From contig CAWGMA010000001.1 of assembly GCA_963823555.1 (NCBI GenBank), positions 960,001-1,024,000 of the forward strand: DNA of 64,000 nucleotides, written 5' to 3'. The DNA comes from Candidatus Eiseniibacteriota bacterium. Its GTDB lineage: Bacteria > Eisenbacteria > RBG-16-71-46 > CAVPCR01. A program made the translations under genes and the position numbers. Under the pieces are notes generated by a model. The model was not told the DNA's origin. It saw nothing but the letters and a program-made list of their open reading frames with translations, and made no database searches. This document shows positions 28,981 through 37,867 of the stretch, piece after piece (position 1 is the stretch's first letter; each line of letters begins with the position of its first letter).

Positions 28981-29499
28981 TCAGGCTACAGCGAAATCGA
29001 TCTGCGCTCGGATCCCAAGGTGATCGGGAGCAGCGAGCGCGGCTGCTCTTCCGGTGGTTGCAGATGCCGTTTGCCAGAGCATGATCAAGACCAGAATCGC
29101 GCGCCCGGTCCAGGCGATGGTGCGAATCCAGTTGGTGCCGACCAGTCGGGCGAGTGCCTGAGGGTCGAATCCCCGCTCGAGTCGACGATGCGCCGGCACC
29201 TGCAGGAAGGCCGTGGAGAGCCAGATCGTGACGAGCAGGAAGGCGCCGGTCCAGAGCACCGCATCCACAACGCCAGGAGGACGGAGGGCGAAGAGCACGC
29301 CGGCGGTCACTCCTTCGAGGATCATGAGCGGGCCGACCACACGCCCGGTGCGATGCTGGTGCTCGTGCTGGTGTCTAGCGAAGTGAGGGGAGTCGACGAG
29401 AGCAAAGAGAGGGTAATGAACGATCTGGACGAACCAGATGATGCCCGCCATGGCGAGGGTCGCCCCCGCATGGATGAGAAGCATGAAGGTAGGCGTCAT
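28981..29499 (-). CDS. Conserved hypothetical membrane protein (about 4 TM)
   Basis: GIIWFVQIVHYPLF, STAFLQVPAH..L, LVGTNWIRT; hydrophobic helices. Confidence 0.75.
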   Translation of the reverse strand: MTPTFMLLIHAGATLAMAGIIWFVQIVHYPLFALVDSPHFARHQHEHQHRTGRVVGPLMILEGVTAGVLFALRPPGVVDAVLWTGAFLLVTIWLSTAFLQVPAHRRLERGFDPQALARLVGTNWIRTIAWTGRAILVLIMLWQTASATTGRAAALAAPDHLGIRAQIDFAVA

Positions 29500-29653
29500 C
29501 CTCGCAATCCCCGCACCTCCGCCGCACCGCCGGCAGAATGAGGGTGGTCACTCCTGCTGCCGGCTGAAACCAACTGTGCAGCATAGCAGGCCCTGGTGGC
29601 GGCCGCGAGGTCGCCGTTGCGCATGACAGCGCCGGCCCGGAGGCGGAAGATCG

Positions 29654-29671
29654 TGACATGACCTCATGTCA
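29654..29671. promoter_or_regulatory. Perfect inverted repeat TGACATGA-CC-TCATGTCA, candidate upstream activator site
   Basis: About 135-150 bp upstream of the sigma54-type promoter; further TGACA half-sites nearby. Confidence 0.55.
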
Positions 29672-29805
29672 TGCGGCTCCCTCCGGCGGTGACGCATTGT
29701 CCGGGGCTGAGCTCGGGACCATGACACATCCCCGTGCCGGCGCCGCTCCTGCCCGGGCAATTCATATCCGCACAATATGATAGACAATCGCCCAGGGTCC
29801 GGATT

Positions 29806-29821
29806 TGGCACGAGCGCTGCA
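29806..29821 (+). promoter_or_regulatory. Sigma54 (-24/-12) promoter
   Basis: TGGCACG-AGCG-CTGCA with exact GG-N10-GC spacing, preceded by an AT-rich tract at 29759-29789. Confidence 0.72.
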
Positions 29822-29897
29822 ACTCGGAGAGGCTCGAGACAGCCGCGCCACGGCCCCGTCGCCATGGTTGCTGCTGGCCCCCCCCAGGAGGTGCTCC

Positions 29898-32657
29898 ATG
29901 ACCCCAGCGTTCCATGCCAGAGCAAGTCACGGTGGGCGCGGTGATCACCGGCATGCGCTCAGCATCATTCTGCCCGTCGCCCTCGTCGCCACGATGCTCT
30001 TGCTCCTCATCGTTTCCGATCCCGCCGGTGCCCGTCAGGAGATTCGCCAGGGGTTCTTCCTCGCCTATCCCTCGGCGGTCGGTTCGCGTCTCGACGACCT
30101 GCCCTCGAACGGCGGGCATTGCGGGGTCTGTCACTACCGCTTCAACGGCGGCGGACCGCGAAACCCCTTCGGAGCCGACGTCCAGGGACGCCTGGGCTCC
30201 TACCCCAGCACGCCGGAGGGATACCGCGATGCGGTTCTCTCCATCGCAGGCGAGGACTCGGATGGCGACGGATACGACAATGGCATCGAGATCACCGATC
30301 TGGCCAACTATCTCAACACCCCGACATTCCCCGGGCTCACCCCCGGCAATGCCGGCCAGACGAGCCAGGTCGCGCTCGGCGACATCCAGGACTACCTGGT
30401 CCCCGTCCCCGGGACGGACGAGACGCCTCCGGTCGTCACGGTCCTCACGCCGAACGGAGGCGAGGACCTGACCGGGCATGCGCCGTTCGCCATCACCTGG
30501 ACCGCCACCGACGAGAACGGTGTGGCTCGCGTCGACATCTCCTTCTCGACCGACGGCGGAACCACCTTCAAGCCGCTCGCGCTGGCGACACTCAACGATG
30601 GCTCGTTCACCTGGTTCGTGCAGGACTACCCGGGCGGATCGACGCTCGTACGGGTCGAGGCCTGGGACCCGAGTGACAATCACGGCAACGACCTGAGCGA
30701 TGCTGCTTTCACCATCACATCGCCGCAAACAGGTCTCGTGCCGACCACGCTTCGCGATTTCGACATGCCTGGCACGCAGCCGCTCGAGGCGGGCGCGATC
30801 CAGTCCGTGAACGAGTGCCGGCAGTGCCATGGCGGCTACGACCAGGCCGTCGAGCCGGTATGGAACTGGGAGGGCTCGCTCATGGCCAATGCGGCCCGCG
30901 ATCCCCTCTTCTATGCCGCGCTCGCCATCGCCAACCAGGACGCGCGTGACTCGGGAGACCTTTGCCTCCGCTGCCACACTCAGCAGGGCTGGATGGCCGG
31001 CCGCTCGACGCCTCCCGATGGGTCCGAGCTCGTCCTCGGCGATCGCGAGGGGGTGAGCTGCGATGTCTGCCACAGCATGGTGGATCCGATCTACGAGCCG
31101 GGGGTGAGCCCGCCCGAGGACCAGGCCATCCTGGCCGCGCTCGCCCTGATCCCGCCCGATGTGGCGAGCGGCATGACGGTGCTCGATCCCTCGAGCGCCA
31201 AGCGGGGACCGTTCACCGATCCCTTCCAGGCCAACCATGGCGTCATCCCCTCGCCTTTCCATCGCGAGGCGGCGATGTGCGGGACCTGCCACAACGTGTC
31301 GAACCCGGCTTTCTCGAAGCAGCCGGATGGGCGTTACGCGCCGAACGATTTCGACACGCCGGCCCCGAGCTTCGACCCCTACGAGCAGTTCCCGGTGGAG
31401 CGCACGTACGGCGAGTGGCTCATGAGCGAGTACAACACGCCAGGCGGCGTCTACCAGCCTGAGTTCGCCGGGGCCAAGCCCGACGGCTACGTTTCGACCT
31501 GCCAGGACTGCCACATGCGCGATGTGGTCGGCCGGGGCGCCGGACAGCCGGCGGGTGTGCCGATCCGGCCCGATCTTCCGCTTCACGACATGACGGGTGG
31601 CAACACCTGGATGGCGGACGTCATTCCGGACCTCTATCCGGGCGAGGTGACGCCCGCTGCGCTCGACGACGCCGCGATCCGGACGCTCTACATGCTCGAG
31701 CACGCTGCATCGCTCGAGGTCGAGGTGGCATTGCAGCAGGGGGTTCCGGTGGCGATCGTGACCGTGACCAACGAGACCGGTCACAAGCTCCCGACGGGCT
31801 ACCCCGAGGGCCGGCGCATGTGGATCAATGTGCGGGGCTACAACCAGAGCAACGAGCTCGTCTACGAATCCGGCGCCTACAATGCCGCGACCGGCGAGCT
31901 CTCGCATGACGACGATCTCCGCCTCTACGAGGCCGAGCTCGGGATCAGCCCCGGACTGGCCAGCGCGCTGGGGCTCGATGACGGGCCCTCGTTCCACTTC
32001 GTGCTCAACGATTCGGTCTACAAGGACAACCGGATCCCGCCGCGGGGCTTCACCAATGCCGGCTTCGAGCTGGTGCAGGCGACCCCGGTCGATCCCGACT
32101 GGCCGGGTCCGGGACCGCGCTACGAGGACGGGCAGTACTGGGATGTCGCCGAGTACGACCTGCCGGTGGCCACCGATCGGCTCGAGGTCGTCCTCTTCTA
32201 CCAGACGACGTCCAAGGAGTACGTCGAGTTCCTGCTCGCGGAGAACTCGAGCAACGAGGCCGGGACTACCATGCACAACGCCTGGACCGCGCACGGGAGG
32301 GCGGCCCCGGTGGCGATGGTGACCGAGATCGTCGATGTCGGTACGGTCGCTGTCGGCCCGGCCGGGACACCGCCCGTGGCCTTCGGTCTCGAGCGTCCGG
32401 CGCCGAACCCGTTCCGGGGAGCTGGAACGCTCGCCTACCGGTTACCGGCCGCAGGGCAGGTGGAACTCGCGATCATCGACGTCCAGGGGCGGCGCGTGCG
32501 GACGCTCGAGGCCGGGACCCAGGCCGCATCCGGCATCCACCGGGTCGCCTGGGACGGCCGCGACGACGCCGGCCGCGAGCTGGCCTCGGGGCTCTACTTC
32601 GTCCGGCTCTCGAGCGGCGGCCAGGTCGCGGTCGAGCGGCTGGTCCTCGTCAAGTAA
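29898..32657 (+). CDS. Hexaheme c-type cytochrome with an Ig-like domain and a C-terminal FlgD/T9SS-A-like sorting domain
   Basis: SD AGGAGG; signal peptide; CGVCH, CRQCH, CLRCH, CDVCH, CGTCH, CQDCH; C-terminal PNPF...IIDVQGRRVRTL...WDGRDDAG..LASGLYFVRL. Confidence 0.9.
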   Translation: MTPAFHARASHGGRGDHRHALSIILPVALVATMLLLLIVSDPAGARQEIRQGFFLAYPSAVGSRLDDLPSNGGHCGVCHYRFNGGGPRNPFGADVQGRLGSYPSTPEGYRDAVLSIAGEDSDGDGYDNGIEITDLANYLNTPTFPGLTPGNAGQTSQVALGDIQDYLVPVPGTDETPPVVTVLTPNGGEDLTGHAPFAITWTATDENGVARVDISFSTDGGTTFKPLALATLNDGSFTWFVQDYPGGSTLVRVEAWDPSDNHGNDLSDAAFTITSPQTGLVPTTLRDFDMPGTQPLEAGAIQSVNECRQCHGGYDQAVEPVWNWEGSLMANAARDPLFYAALAIANQDARDSGDLCLRCHTQQGWMAGRSTPPDGSELVLGDREGVSCDVCHSMVDPIYEPGVSPPEDQAILAALALIPPDVASGMTVLDPSSAKRGPFTDPFQANHGVIPSPFHREAAMCGTCHNVSNPAFSKQPDGRYAPNDFDTPAPSFDPYEQFPVERTYGEWLMSEYNTPGGVYQPEFAGAKPDGYVSTCQDCHMRDVVGRGAGQPAGVPIRPDLPLHDMTGGNTWMADVIPDLYPGEVTPAALDDAAIRTLYMLEHAASLEVEVALQQGVPVAIVTVTNETGHKLPTGYPEGRRMWINVRGYNQSNELVYESGAYNAATGELSHDDDLRLYEAELGISPGLASALGLDDGPSFHFVLNDSVYKDNRIPPRGFTNAGFELVQATPVDPDWPGPGPRYEDGQYWDVAEYDLPVATDRLEVVLFYQTTSKEYVEFLLAENSSNEAGTTMHNAWTAHGRAAPVAMVTEIVDVGTVAVGPAGTPPVAFGLERPAPNPFRGAGTLAYRLPAAGQVELAIIDVQGRRVRTLEAGTQAASGIHRVAWDGRDDAGRELASGLYFVRLSSGGQVAVERLVLVK

Positions 32658-32688
32658 GCTCCGCCAGCACAACGTCTCCTGCGCTCGA

Positions 32689-32720
32689 GGGGCGCGTTCC
32701 GGATCTCCGGAACGCGCCCC
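32689..32720 (+). terminator. Strong stem-loop after the cytochrome gene, probable terminator
   Basis: GGGGCGCGTTCCGGA-TC-TCCGGAACGCGCCCC, 15-bp inverted repeat; weak U-tract. Confidence 0.65.
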
Positions 32721-33167
32721 GCGCATTTCTGCGGCAAGAAACCCATTCCCTGCTCATGTTCCCGGGTGCCAGGCCGAATCAAGGGTGAGGGCAAAGGCGC
32801 GATCCGGGCCTTCCCCGGCGGCGGGGCGACTCGCCGGCCGCGTGGCGGACCGGATCCCGGCGCCGGAGCCCCCGGGGGAGGGCGCAGCGGGCGCGCACCT
32901 CCGACATTCCCGGTCCCGATCCGTCCCCGTACGGAGCAGCGGGCAGACGACGGCCGCCGGACGGCACTGCAGCATGCAATGTCGACTGACGGGCTGCCGA
33001 ATGTCTCATGCGACGTGCACGCTGTCGGGACTGCATCGGGTGGAGGCACCCGCATGTTGGAGTGTGAGACACATTCCGAGACAGCAGTGATCATTGGACG
33101 CAAAAACGTGCTGTTCAACGCCGAAAACTACTTGAGCGCCGTGGTACCGAACGGTATCGTTAAGCGC

Positions 33168-33340
33168 GTCGGATGGGTGAAGGCTCCACGATCCGCAAGG
33201 AAAGAGGAGCTCCCGGCGAGACCCCTCGGCGGGACACCTGGCCCGACTCCTACGATCACGCTTCGTGTCCCGGAAACGGTCGCACGACGCACCACGATAG
33301 AAGGGCAGCTCAATCGAGAGCTGTCTCCTCTCCCGGAGGT
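33168..33340 (+). ncRNA. Candidate structured 5' leader of flp (three-way junction plus hairpins, GNRA loops)
   Basis: GTCGG/CCGAC + TGGGTG/CACCTG close two hairpins (one with a GCAA loop); CCG-GAAA-CGG hairpin; GGGCAGCTC/GAGCTGTCT; CCTC can pair with the SD. Confidence 0.4.
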
Positions 33341-33347
33341 AAGAACC

Positions 33348-33515
33348 ATGCTTCGCAAGCTCAACACCCTGCTCCGTCGCGACGAAGGTAACGACATGAT
33401 CGAGTACGCGCTCATCGCTGCCTTCATCTCGATCGTCGCCATCGTGGCTCTGCAGGCCATCGGTCCGCTGGTCCTCGGGATCTACCAGGACGTTCAGGCG
33501 GCCCTCGGCGGCTAG
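33348..33515 (+). CDS. flp: Flp/Fap type IVb pilin
   Basis: SD GGAGGT; RRDEG/NDMIEYALIAAFISIVAI Flp motif, 55 aa. Confidence 0.92.
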   Translation: MLRKLNTLLRRDEGNDMIEYALIAAFISIVAIVALQAIGPLVLGIYQDVQAALGG

Positions 33516-33566
33516 ACCAGAGACCACTCTCGCGAACCTGGAAGATATCGGGGGCCCGAGATCAAC

Positions 33567-34118
33567 GTGTCTAATCTAAGCGCCACCATACCGGCTGGTC
33601 CGTTCTTGCTGGGTGCGCTCGTGCTCACACTCATCGCGGCAGGTTGGGATCTCGCCACCCGGCGGATTCCCAACCTGCTCACGATGACCGCCATGGCCCT
33701 GGGCGTGGCCGGTCATCTCGTGATGGGGCGGGAGACGGGACTCGCCTGGTCGTTGGCCGGTCTCTGCGTTGGTCTCGGGCTCCTCTTGGTCCCCGCTCTC
33801 ATCGGTGGCATGGGCGGGGGCGATCTCAAGCTGATGGGGGCGGTCGGTGCCATCGTCGGTCCCCTCGCCGTGTTCGAGATCGCGTTGGTGTCCGCGGTGG
33901 CCGGGGGAATCCTGGCGTTCGCGGTGGCGCTCCGGCGCAGGGTCGCGCGTGCGGCCTTTCGCCAGGCGTTCGCCCTCGTACGTCCCGGTTCCTCGTCGGA
34001 TGCCGCATGTTCCCCTGACGATGCCGCTCCAGCGCCCGGTGCCCTCGGCACCATCCCCTACGGAGTGGCGATTGGTCTTGGCACCTGGGTTTGCCTGCTG
34101 GGTCATGGGCCGCTCTGA
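33567..34118 (+). CDS. cpaA: A24 prepilin peptidase (TadV/CpaA)
   Basis: WDL.TRRIPN, GMGGGDLKLM, IPYGVAI. Confidence 0.9.
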   Translation: MSNLSATIPAGPFLLGALVLTLIAAGWDLATRRIPNLLTMTAMALGVAGHLVMGRETGLAWSLAGLCVGLGLLLVPALIGGMGGGDLKLMGAVGAIVGPLAVFEIALVSAVAGGILAFAVALRRRVARAAFRQAFALVRPGSSSDAACSPDDAAPAPGALGTIPYGVAIGLGTWVCLLGHGPL

Positions 34119-34320
34119 TCGTTCGTGATCGGCCCCTGGTCCAGCGCACGCAATGAATCAGGACGAAACGGACCCGATCTCCGCCTAACCCGCGGGGGGA
34201 CGGTCCGAGATGGCGTGCTCATCTAAGGCTCCGGAACTCGACGCGCCGAGGGCAGCACCCCCGGCGGCAGGGACCGTGTCCGGGCGAGCGCGCGGCCGGT
34301 AAGCGGCCGGGAGGATTTCT

Positions 34321-35193
34321 GTGCGCCACCGAGGTGGAGTCGTCGCTCTGGTCCTGGCCATCCTCTTTGGCCTCCTGGGCGGCGCGACGACCCTGATCTA
34401 TCTGCGCCAGGCCGGCGCCACCAACGCGTCCTCGTTCCCCACGCTGCCCGTCGTGGTGGCCACGTCCGATCTCACTTTCGGCACCGTCATCAAGCCGGAG
34501 CACGTGAAGGTCGTCAACTACCCGAAGGAAAGCGTTCCCGTTGGCGCGTACACGGACCCGGATTCCCTGGTCGGACAGACCACGAAGGTTTTCCTGAACT
34601 CACGCGAGCCGATCCTCGCCACCAAGCTGTCATCGGTCGGTGGCGGTCTTTCGGTCCGCATTCCCCTCAACATGCGCGCGACGAGCATGAACGTGAACGT
34701 CGTCTCCGGGGTCAGCGGGTTCGTGCTGCCTGGCGACCGCGTTGACGTGCTGGTCGTCATCGATCGCACCAATCAGCAGAAGGATGCGGTCACGCGCACC
34801 ATTCTCCAGAACATCGAGGTGCTTGCCGCCGGTCAGAAGACCGAGCAGAAGGGCGACGACCCGATCAAGGTGCAGTCGGTCACCCTGCTCGTCGATCCGG
34901 AGGGCGCCGAGCGGCTCGCGCTCGCGCTCCATGAAGGCAAGCTCCATCTCGTCCTGCGCAACCCGGCGGATCAGGAGATCGCCGACGTCAAGGCGTACTC
35001 GACGGGCGACATGCTCGGAGAGAAGGCCACGAAGCCGGCACCACGTCCCGTCGTGCGCAGGAGGGAGCCGCCGAAGCCCGCTCCGGTCGCCGAGGTCAAG
35101 CCACCCGAGAAGCAGACCGTCACGCTGATCAAGGGTGTCAAGGTCGAGGAGAAGGAGCCGGCGATGCTCGATAAGAACGGATCGAGTGACTGA
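34321..35193 (+). CDS. cpaB: Flp pilus assembly protein CpaB/RcpC
   Basis: N-terminal TM, SAF domain, GVSGFVLPGDRVDV, LQNIEVLA, VTLLV.P..AE.L.LA...G.L.LVLRN. Confidence 0.93.
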   Translation: MRHRGGVVALVLAILFGLLGGATTLIYLRQAGATNASSFPTLPVVVATSDLTFGTVIKPEHVKVVNYPKESVPVGAYTDPDSLVGQTTKVFLNSREPILATKLSSVGGGLSVRIPLNMRATSMNVNVVSGVSGFVLPGDRVDVLVVIDRTNQQKDAVTRTILQNIEVLAAGQKTEQKGDDPIKVQSVTLLVDPEGAERLALALHEGKLHLVLRNPADQEIADVKAYSTGDMLGEKATKPAPRPVVRRREPPKPAPVAEVKPPEKQTVTLIKGVKVEEKEPAMLDKNGSSD

Positions 35194-35299
35194 TTGAACC
35201 CCGGAGGCGGCTCCGTCCAGCCGCTGCCGGCGCTCGACGACGCGTAAGAGCAAGGAATCACCAGACCGCGGCAATGGCCGCAATCAGAGGGCTTACCTC

Positions 35300-36418
35300 A
35301 TGAGAACCATGATCCAGGCGCACGCCGTGCGTCGCCTTCCGATCGCGCTGCTCATCGGCGTGGCCGTGCTCGCCCAGGCCGCCGTCGCCAGTGGAGCGGC
35401 ACCCGAGCAGCTGTCCGTCACGCTCAAGAAGTCGACGCTTCTCGAGCTCGGCCTGCCGGTCGAGACGGTCTCGATCACCGACACCGATATCGCCGACTTC
35501 GTCGTGGCAGCGAAGACCCAGGTTCTGATCCACGGCAAGAAGGAAGGGACGACGTCCCTCGTGGTCTGGGTCCAGGGCGGCAGCCACCGGAGCTTTGATC
35601 TCGTCGTTCAGCGCGGTCCGGCTCCCAAGCAGGTTCAGCTCAGCGTCCGCGTCGCCGAGGTCAACCAGACCAAGCTCACGCAGTACGGCATCGACTACCT
35701 CGTGCGCTCCTTCGAGGGGCCGCGTAGTGACCGGGCGGCCGGCGTCTACCCGGGGAACGTCGCCAAGCCGGCGATCCCGCTCGCCGCGGGTTCGCTGCCC
35801 GAATACCCCGACGACTCCGACATCGTGCTGCGCTGGATCAAGGGTTCGGAGCAGTACGAGATGATCCTGCATGCCCTGCAGCAGAACGGTTTCGTCAACG
35901 TGCTCGCCCGTCCCGATCTGATCTGTGTCGATGGCAAGGAGGCGAGCTTCCTCGCCGGCGGCGAGATTCCGGTGCCGGTGGCTCAGACCTCCTCGGCCGG
36001 TGGGACCACGGTGACGGTGGAGTGGCGCGAGTTCGGCACCCGGCTCAACTTCAAGCCCACCATCGTCGACGACAACGTGGTCCATCTCCGCGTGGAACCG
36101 GAGGTCTCGATTCTCGACTACACCAACGCCGTCGTCATCGGAGGCTACGTCGTGCCGGCGCTGCGCACGCGGCGCGCTGACACCGAGGTCGAGCTCCGTG
36201 AGGGCGAGAGCTTCGTCATCGGCGGTCTCGAGTCGCAGGCGGAGCGGAGGATCGAGGACAAGATTCCGATCATCGGGGACATCCCGCTCCTCGGCTATCT
36301 CTTCCGCAGCATTGACAAGCAGATGGAGACGAGCGAGCTCATGATCGTGGTGTCGCCGAAGATCGTGAACCCGCTCCGGTCGGATCAGGTGCCGCCGCTA
36401 CCAGGAGAGAAGAAGTAG
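35300..36418 (+). CDS. cpaC: Tad secretin CpaC/RcpA (short form)
   Basis: QVQLSVRVAEV, ASFLAGGEIP, EFG..L.F.P, VEPEVS, IGDIPLLG.LFRS. Confidence 0.9.
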   Translation: MRTMIQAHAVRRLPIALLIGVAVLAQAAVASGAAPEQLSVTLKKSTLLELGLPVETVSITDTDIADFVVAAKTQVLIHGKKEGTTSLVVWVQGGSHRSFDLVVQRGPAPKQVQLSVRVAEVNQTKLTQYGIDYLVRSFEGPRSDRAAGVYPGNVAKPAIPLAAGSLPEYPDDSDIVLRWIKGSEQYEMILHALQQNGFVNVLARPDLICVDGKEASFLAGGEIPVPVAQTSSAGGTTVTVEWREFGTRLNFKPTIVDDNVVHLRVEPEVSILDYTNAVVIGGYVVPALRTRRADTEVELREGESFVIGGLESQAERRIEDKIPIIGDIPLLGYLFRSIDKQMETSELMIVVSPKIVNPLRSDQVPPLPGEKK

Positions 36419-36523
36419 GGGGCAGGTAAAGGGCCAGGCGGCGCTTCGAGTCCGCCTGACGTCGATCGCGGTCCGCGACCGCTCCGGCCGCCGGATCCCG
36501 CGATCATCGAGAGAGAGGTCATC

Positions 36524-37864
36524 GTGGAGCTGAAAGTCCTCGTCGTTGATGCCGACCAGTCGATCCGGCAGTCCATCCGCAACATGCTCCAGAGCCATGG
36601 TGATGTCGAGATCGCCGGCGAGGCCGAGGATGCGGCCGCCGCCCGGCGTCTGGCCACCGAGCGGCGTCCGGATGCGGTCCTGCTCGAGATCGGTGAGCGT
36701 GCGGAGGAGGCCTTTGCCCTGGCGGAGTGGCTGAGGGTCGAGCAATCGGATGCGGCCGTGGTGATGACATCCTCCGCGGTGCGCCCGGAGGTCATGCGCC
36801 GGGCGATGCGCGCCGGTGCTCAGGACCTGATCGCGCGGCCCGTGGATGCCTGTCAGCTGCAGCAGGCTCTCGACCACGCCATGCAGCAGAAGGCCCTGCG
36901 TCTCCGCGCCCTCGGCGCCCGGGGGATGGTCACCGCGGTGCTCGGGGTCAGCGGTGGCATCGGAACCACCACCATCGCCACCAACCTGGCTGTCGGCATG
37001 GCCCCGGACTTCGGTCCGGTCGTTCTCGTCGACTTCGACTTCGACATGGGGGCGGTGCCGAGTTTCCTCGATCTCGGACCGGAGCGCACCTACCTGGATC
37101 TGCGCCGGACCAGCGAAGGCCTCGATGCCGATGGACTCCGGCAGTTCACCCCGCGCCATCGCACGGGGGTCTTCATGCTCGCCGGCCCGCAGAAGCTGGA
37201 GGAGCTCGACGAGGTCACGCCCGACGACATCGGGAAGGTGCTCAACCTGTGCCGCTCCGCCTTCCGGCAAGTGGTGGTGGATGGAGGGCACGGTCTCGAC
37301 GAGCGCCGGATCGAGGTTCTCGATCGGGCGGATCGCATTCTCCTCGTGACCCAGTTGAGTGTGGTGTCGCTGCGCAATGCGCGCCGGGTCATCGAGCTCA
37401 TGGGCCGCCTCGGATATCAGGACGGTCGCATCAAGCTCGTGGCCAACCGGGTGTCCAAGAGCAGCGGGGTCACGTCGGAGGACGTCGAGCGCAGCCTCGG
37501 CCAGAAGCTCGATTTCCAGGTCTTCAACGACTACCCGGCGGCGATCGACGCCATCGACACCGGCGTGCCCATGGTGGAGGGCAGCCGGAAGTCGCGGGCT
37601 GTGGCCGATCTCCTGGCCATGGCGCGCGACCTGGCCGAGGCGACACCGTCCAAGGCTGCGGCCAAGATCGGAGCCGCGGCATTGGCTGGCGGGGCCGCCC
37701 GCGGATCCACCACTGGAGCCAAGGCGGCCGGGCTCGCGGCCGATGCTGCGGGAGCGAGCGGGCGTACGGGTGGGGGCTCCGCGGAGCCCCGGCGTGAGGA
37801 ACGGACGGAAGGGGTTCTCCGGCGCTTCATCTTCGGCGCGCCGGGAACCAAGGAAAGGGACTAG
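36524..37864 (+). CDS. cpaE: CpaE/TadZ (pseudo-receiver plus MinD/ParA-like ATPase)
   Basis: AMRAGA.D; GVSGGIGTTTIATNLA; LVANR. Confidence 0.88.
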   Translation: MELKVLVVDADQSIRQSIRNMLQSHGDVEIAGEAEDAAAARRLATERRPDAVLLEIGERAEEAFALAEWLRVEQSDAAVVMTSSAVRPEVMRRAMRAGAQDLIARPVDACQLQQALDHAMQQKALRLRALGARGMVTAVLGVSGGIGTTTIATNLAVGMAPDFGPVVLVDFDFDMGAVPSFLDLGPERTYLDLRRTSEGLDADGLRQFTPRHRTGVFMLAGPQKLEELDEVTPDDIGKVLNLCRSAFRQVVVDGGHGLDERRIEVLDRADRILLVTQLSVVSLRNARRVIELMGRLGYQDGRIKLVANRVSKSSGVTSEDVERSLGQKLDFQVFNDYPAAIDAIDTGVPMVEGSRKSRAVADLLAMARDLAEATPSKAAAKIGAAALAGGAARGSTTGAKAAGLAADAAGASGRTGGGSAEPRREERTEGVLRRFIFGAPGTKERD

Positions 37865-37867
37865 GTC

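Noticed and set aside
32962..32979. Sigma54-like CGGCAC...TGCA upstream of flp (also a minus-strand TGGCAA...TCGC near 59597-59612)
   Set aside because: GG-to-GC spacing is off by one base.
22368..33000. Genomic island integrated at tRNA-Leu
   Set aside because: No integrase, no duplicated tRNA 3' end noticed, and composition is similar to the flanks.
32766..33347. 194-aa N-terminal extension of Flp in the ORF track (also extended starts at 4066, 5750, 29805, 40398 and 47299)
   Set aside because: Good SD sequences and family N-termini place the starts downstream; the 29805 start lies inside the sigma54 promoter.
33168..34260. c-di-GMP-I (GEMM) riboswitch before flp or cpaB
   Set aside because: The GGCAAA...GACGCAAA...CUAA order is not present; kept only as unknown structured RNA.
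36524..36990. Degenerate receiver (D to E) and Walker A in CpaE
   Set aside because: A known property of TadZ/CpaE proteins, so not novel.
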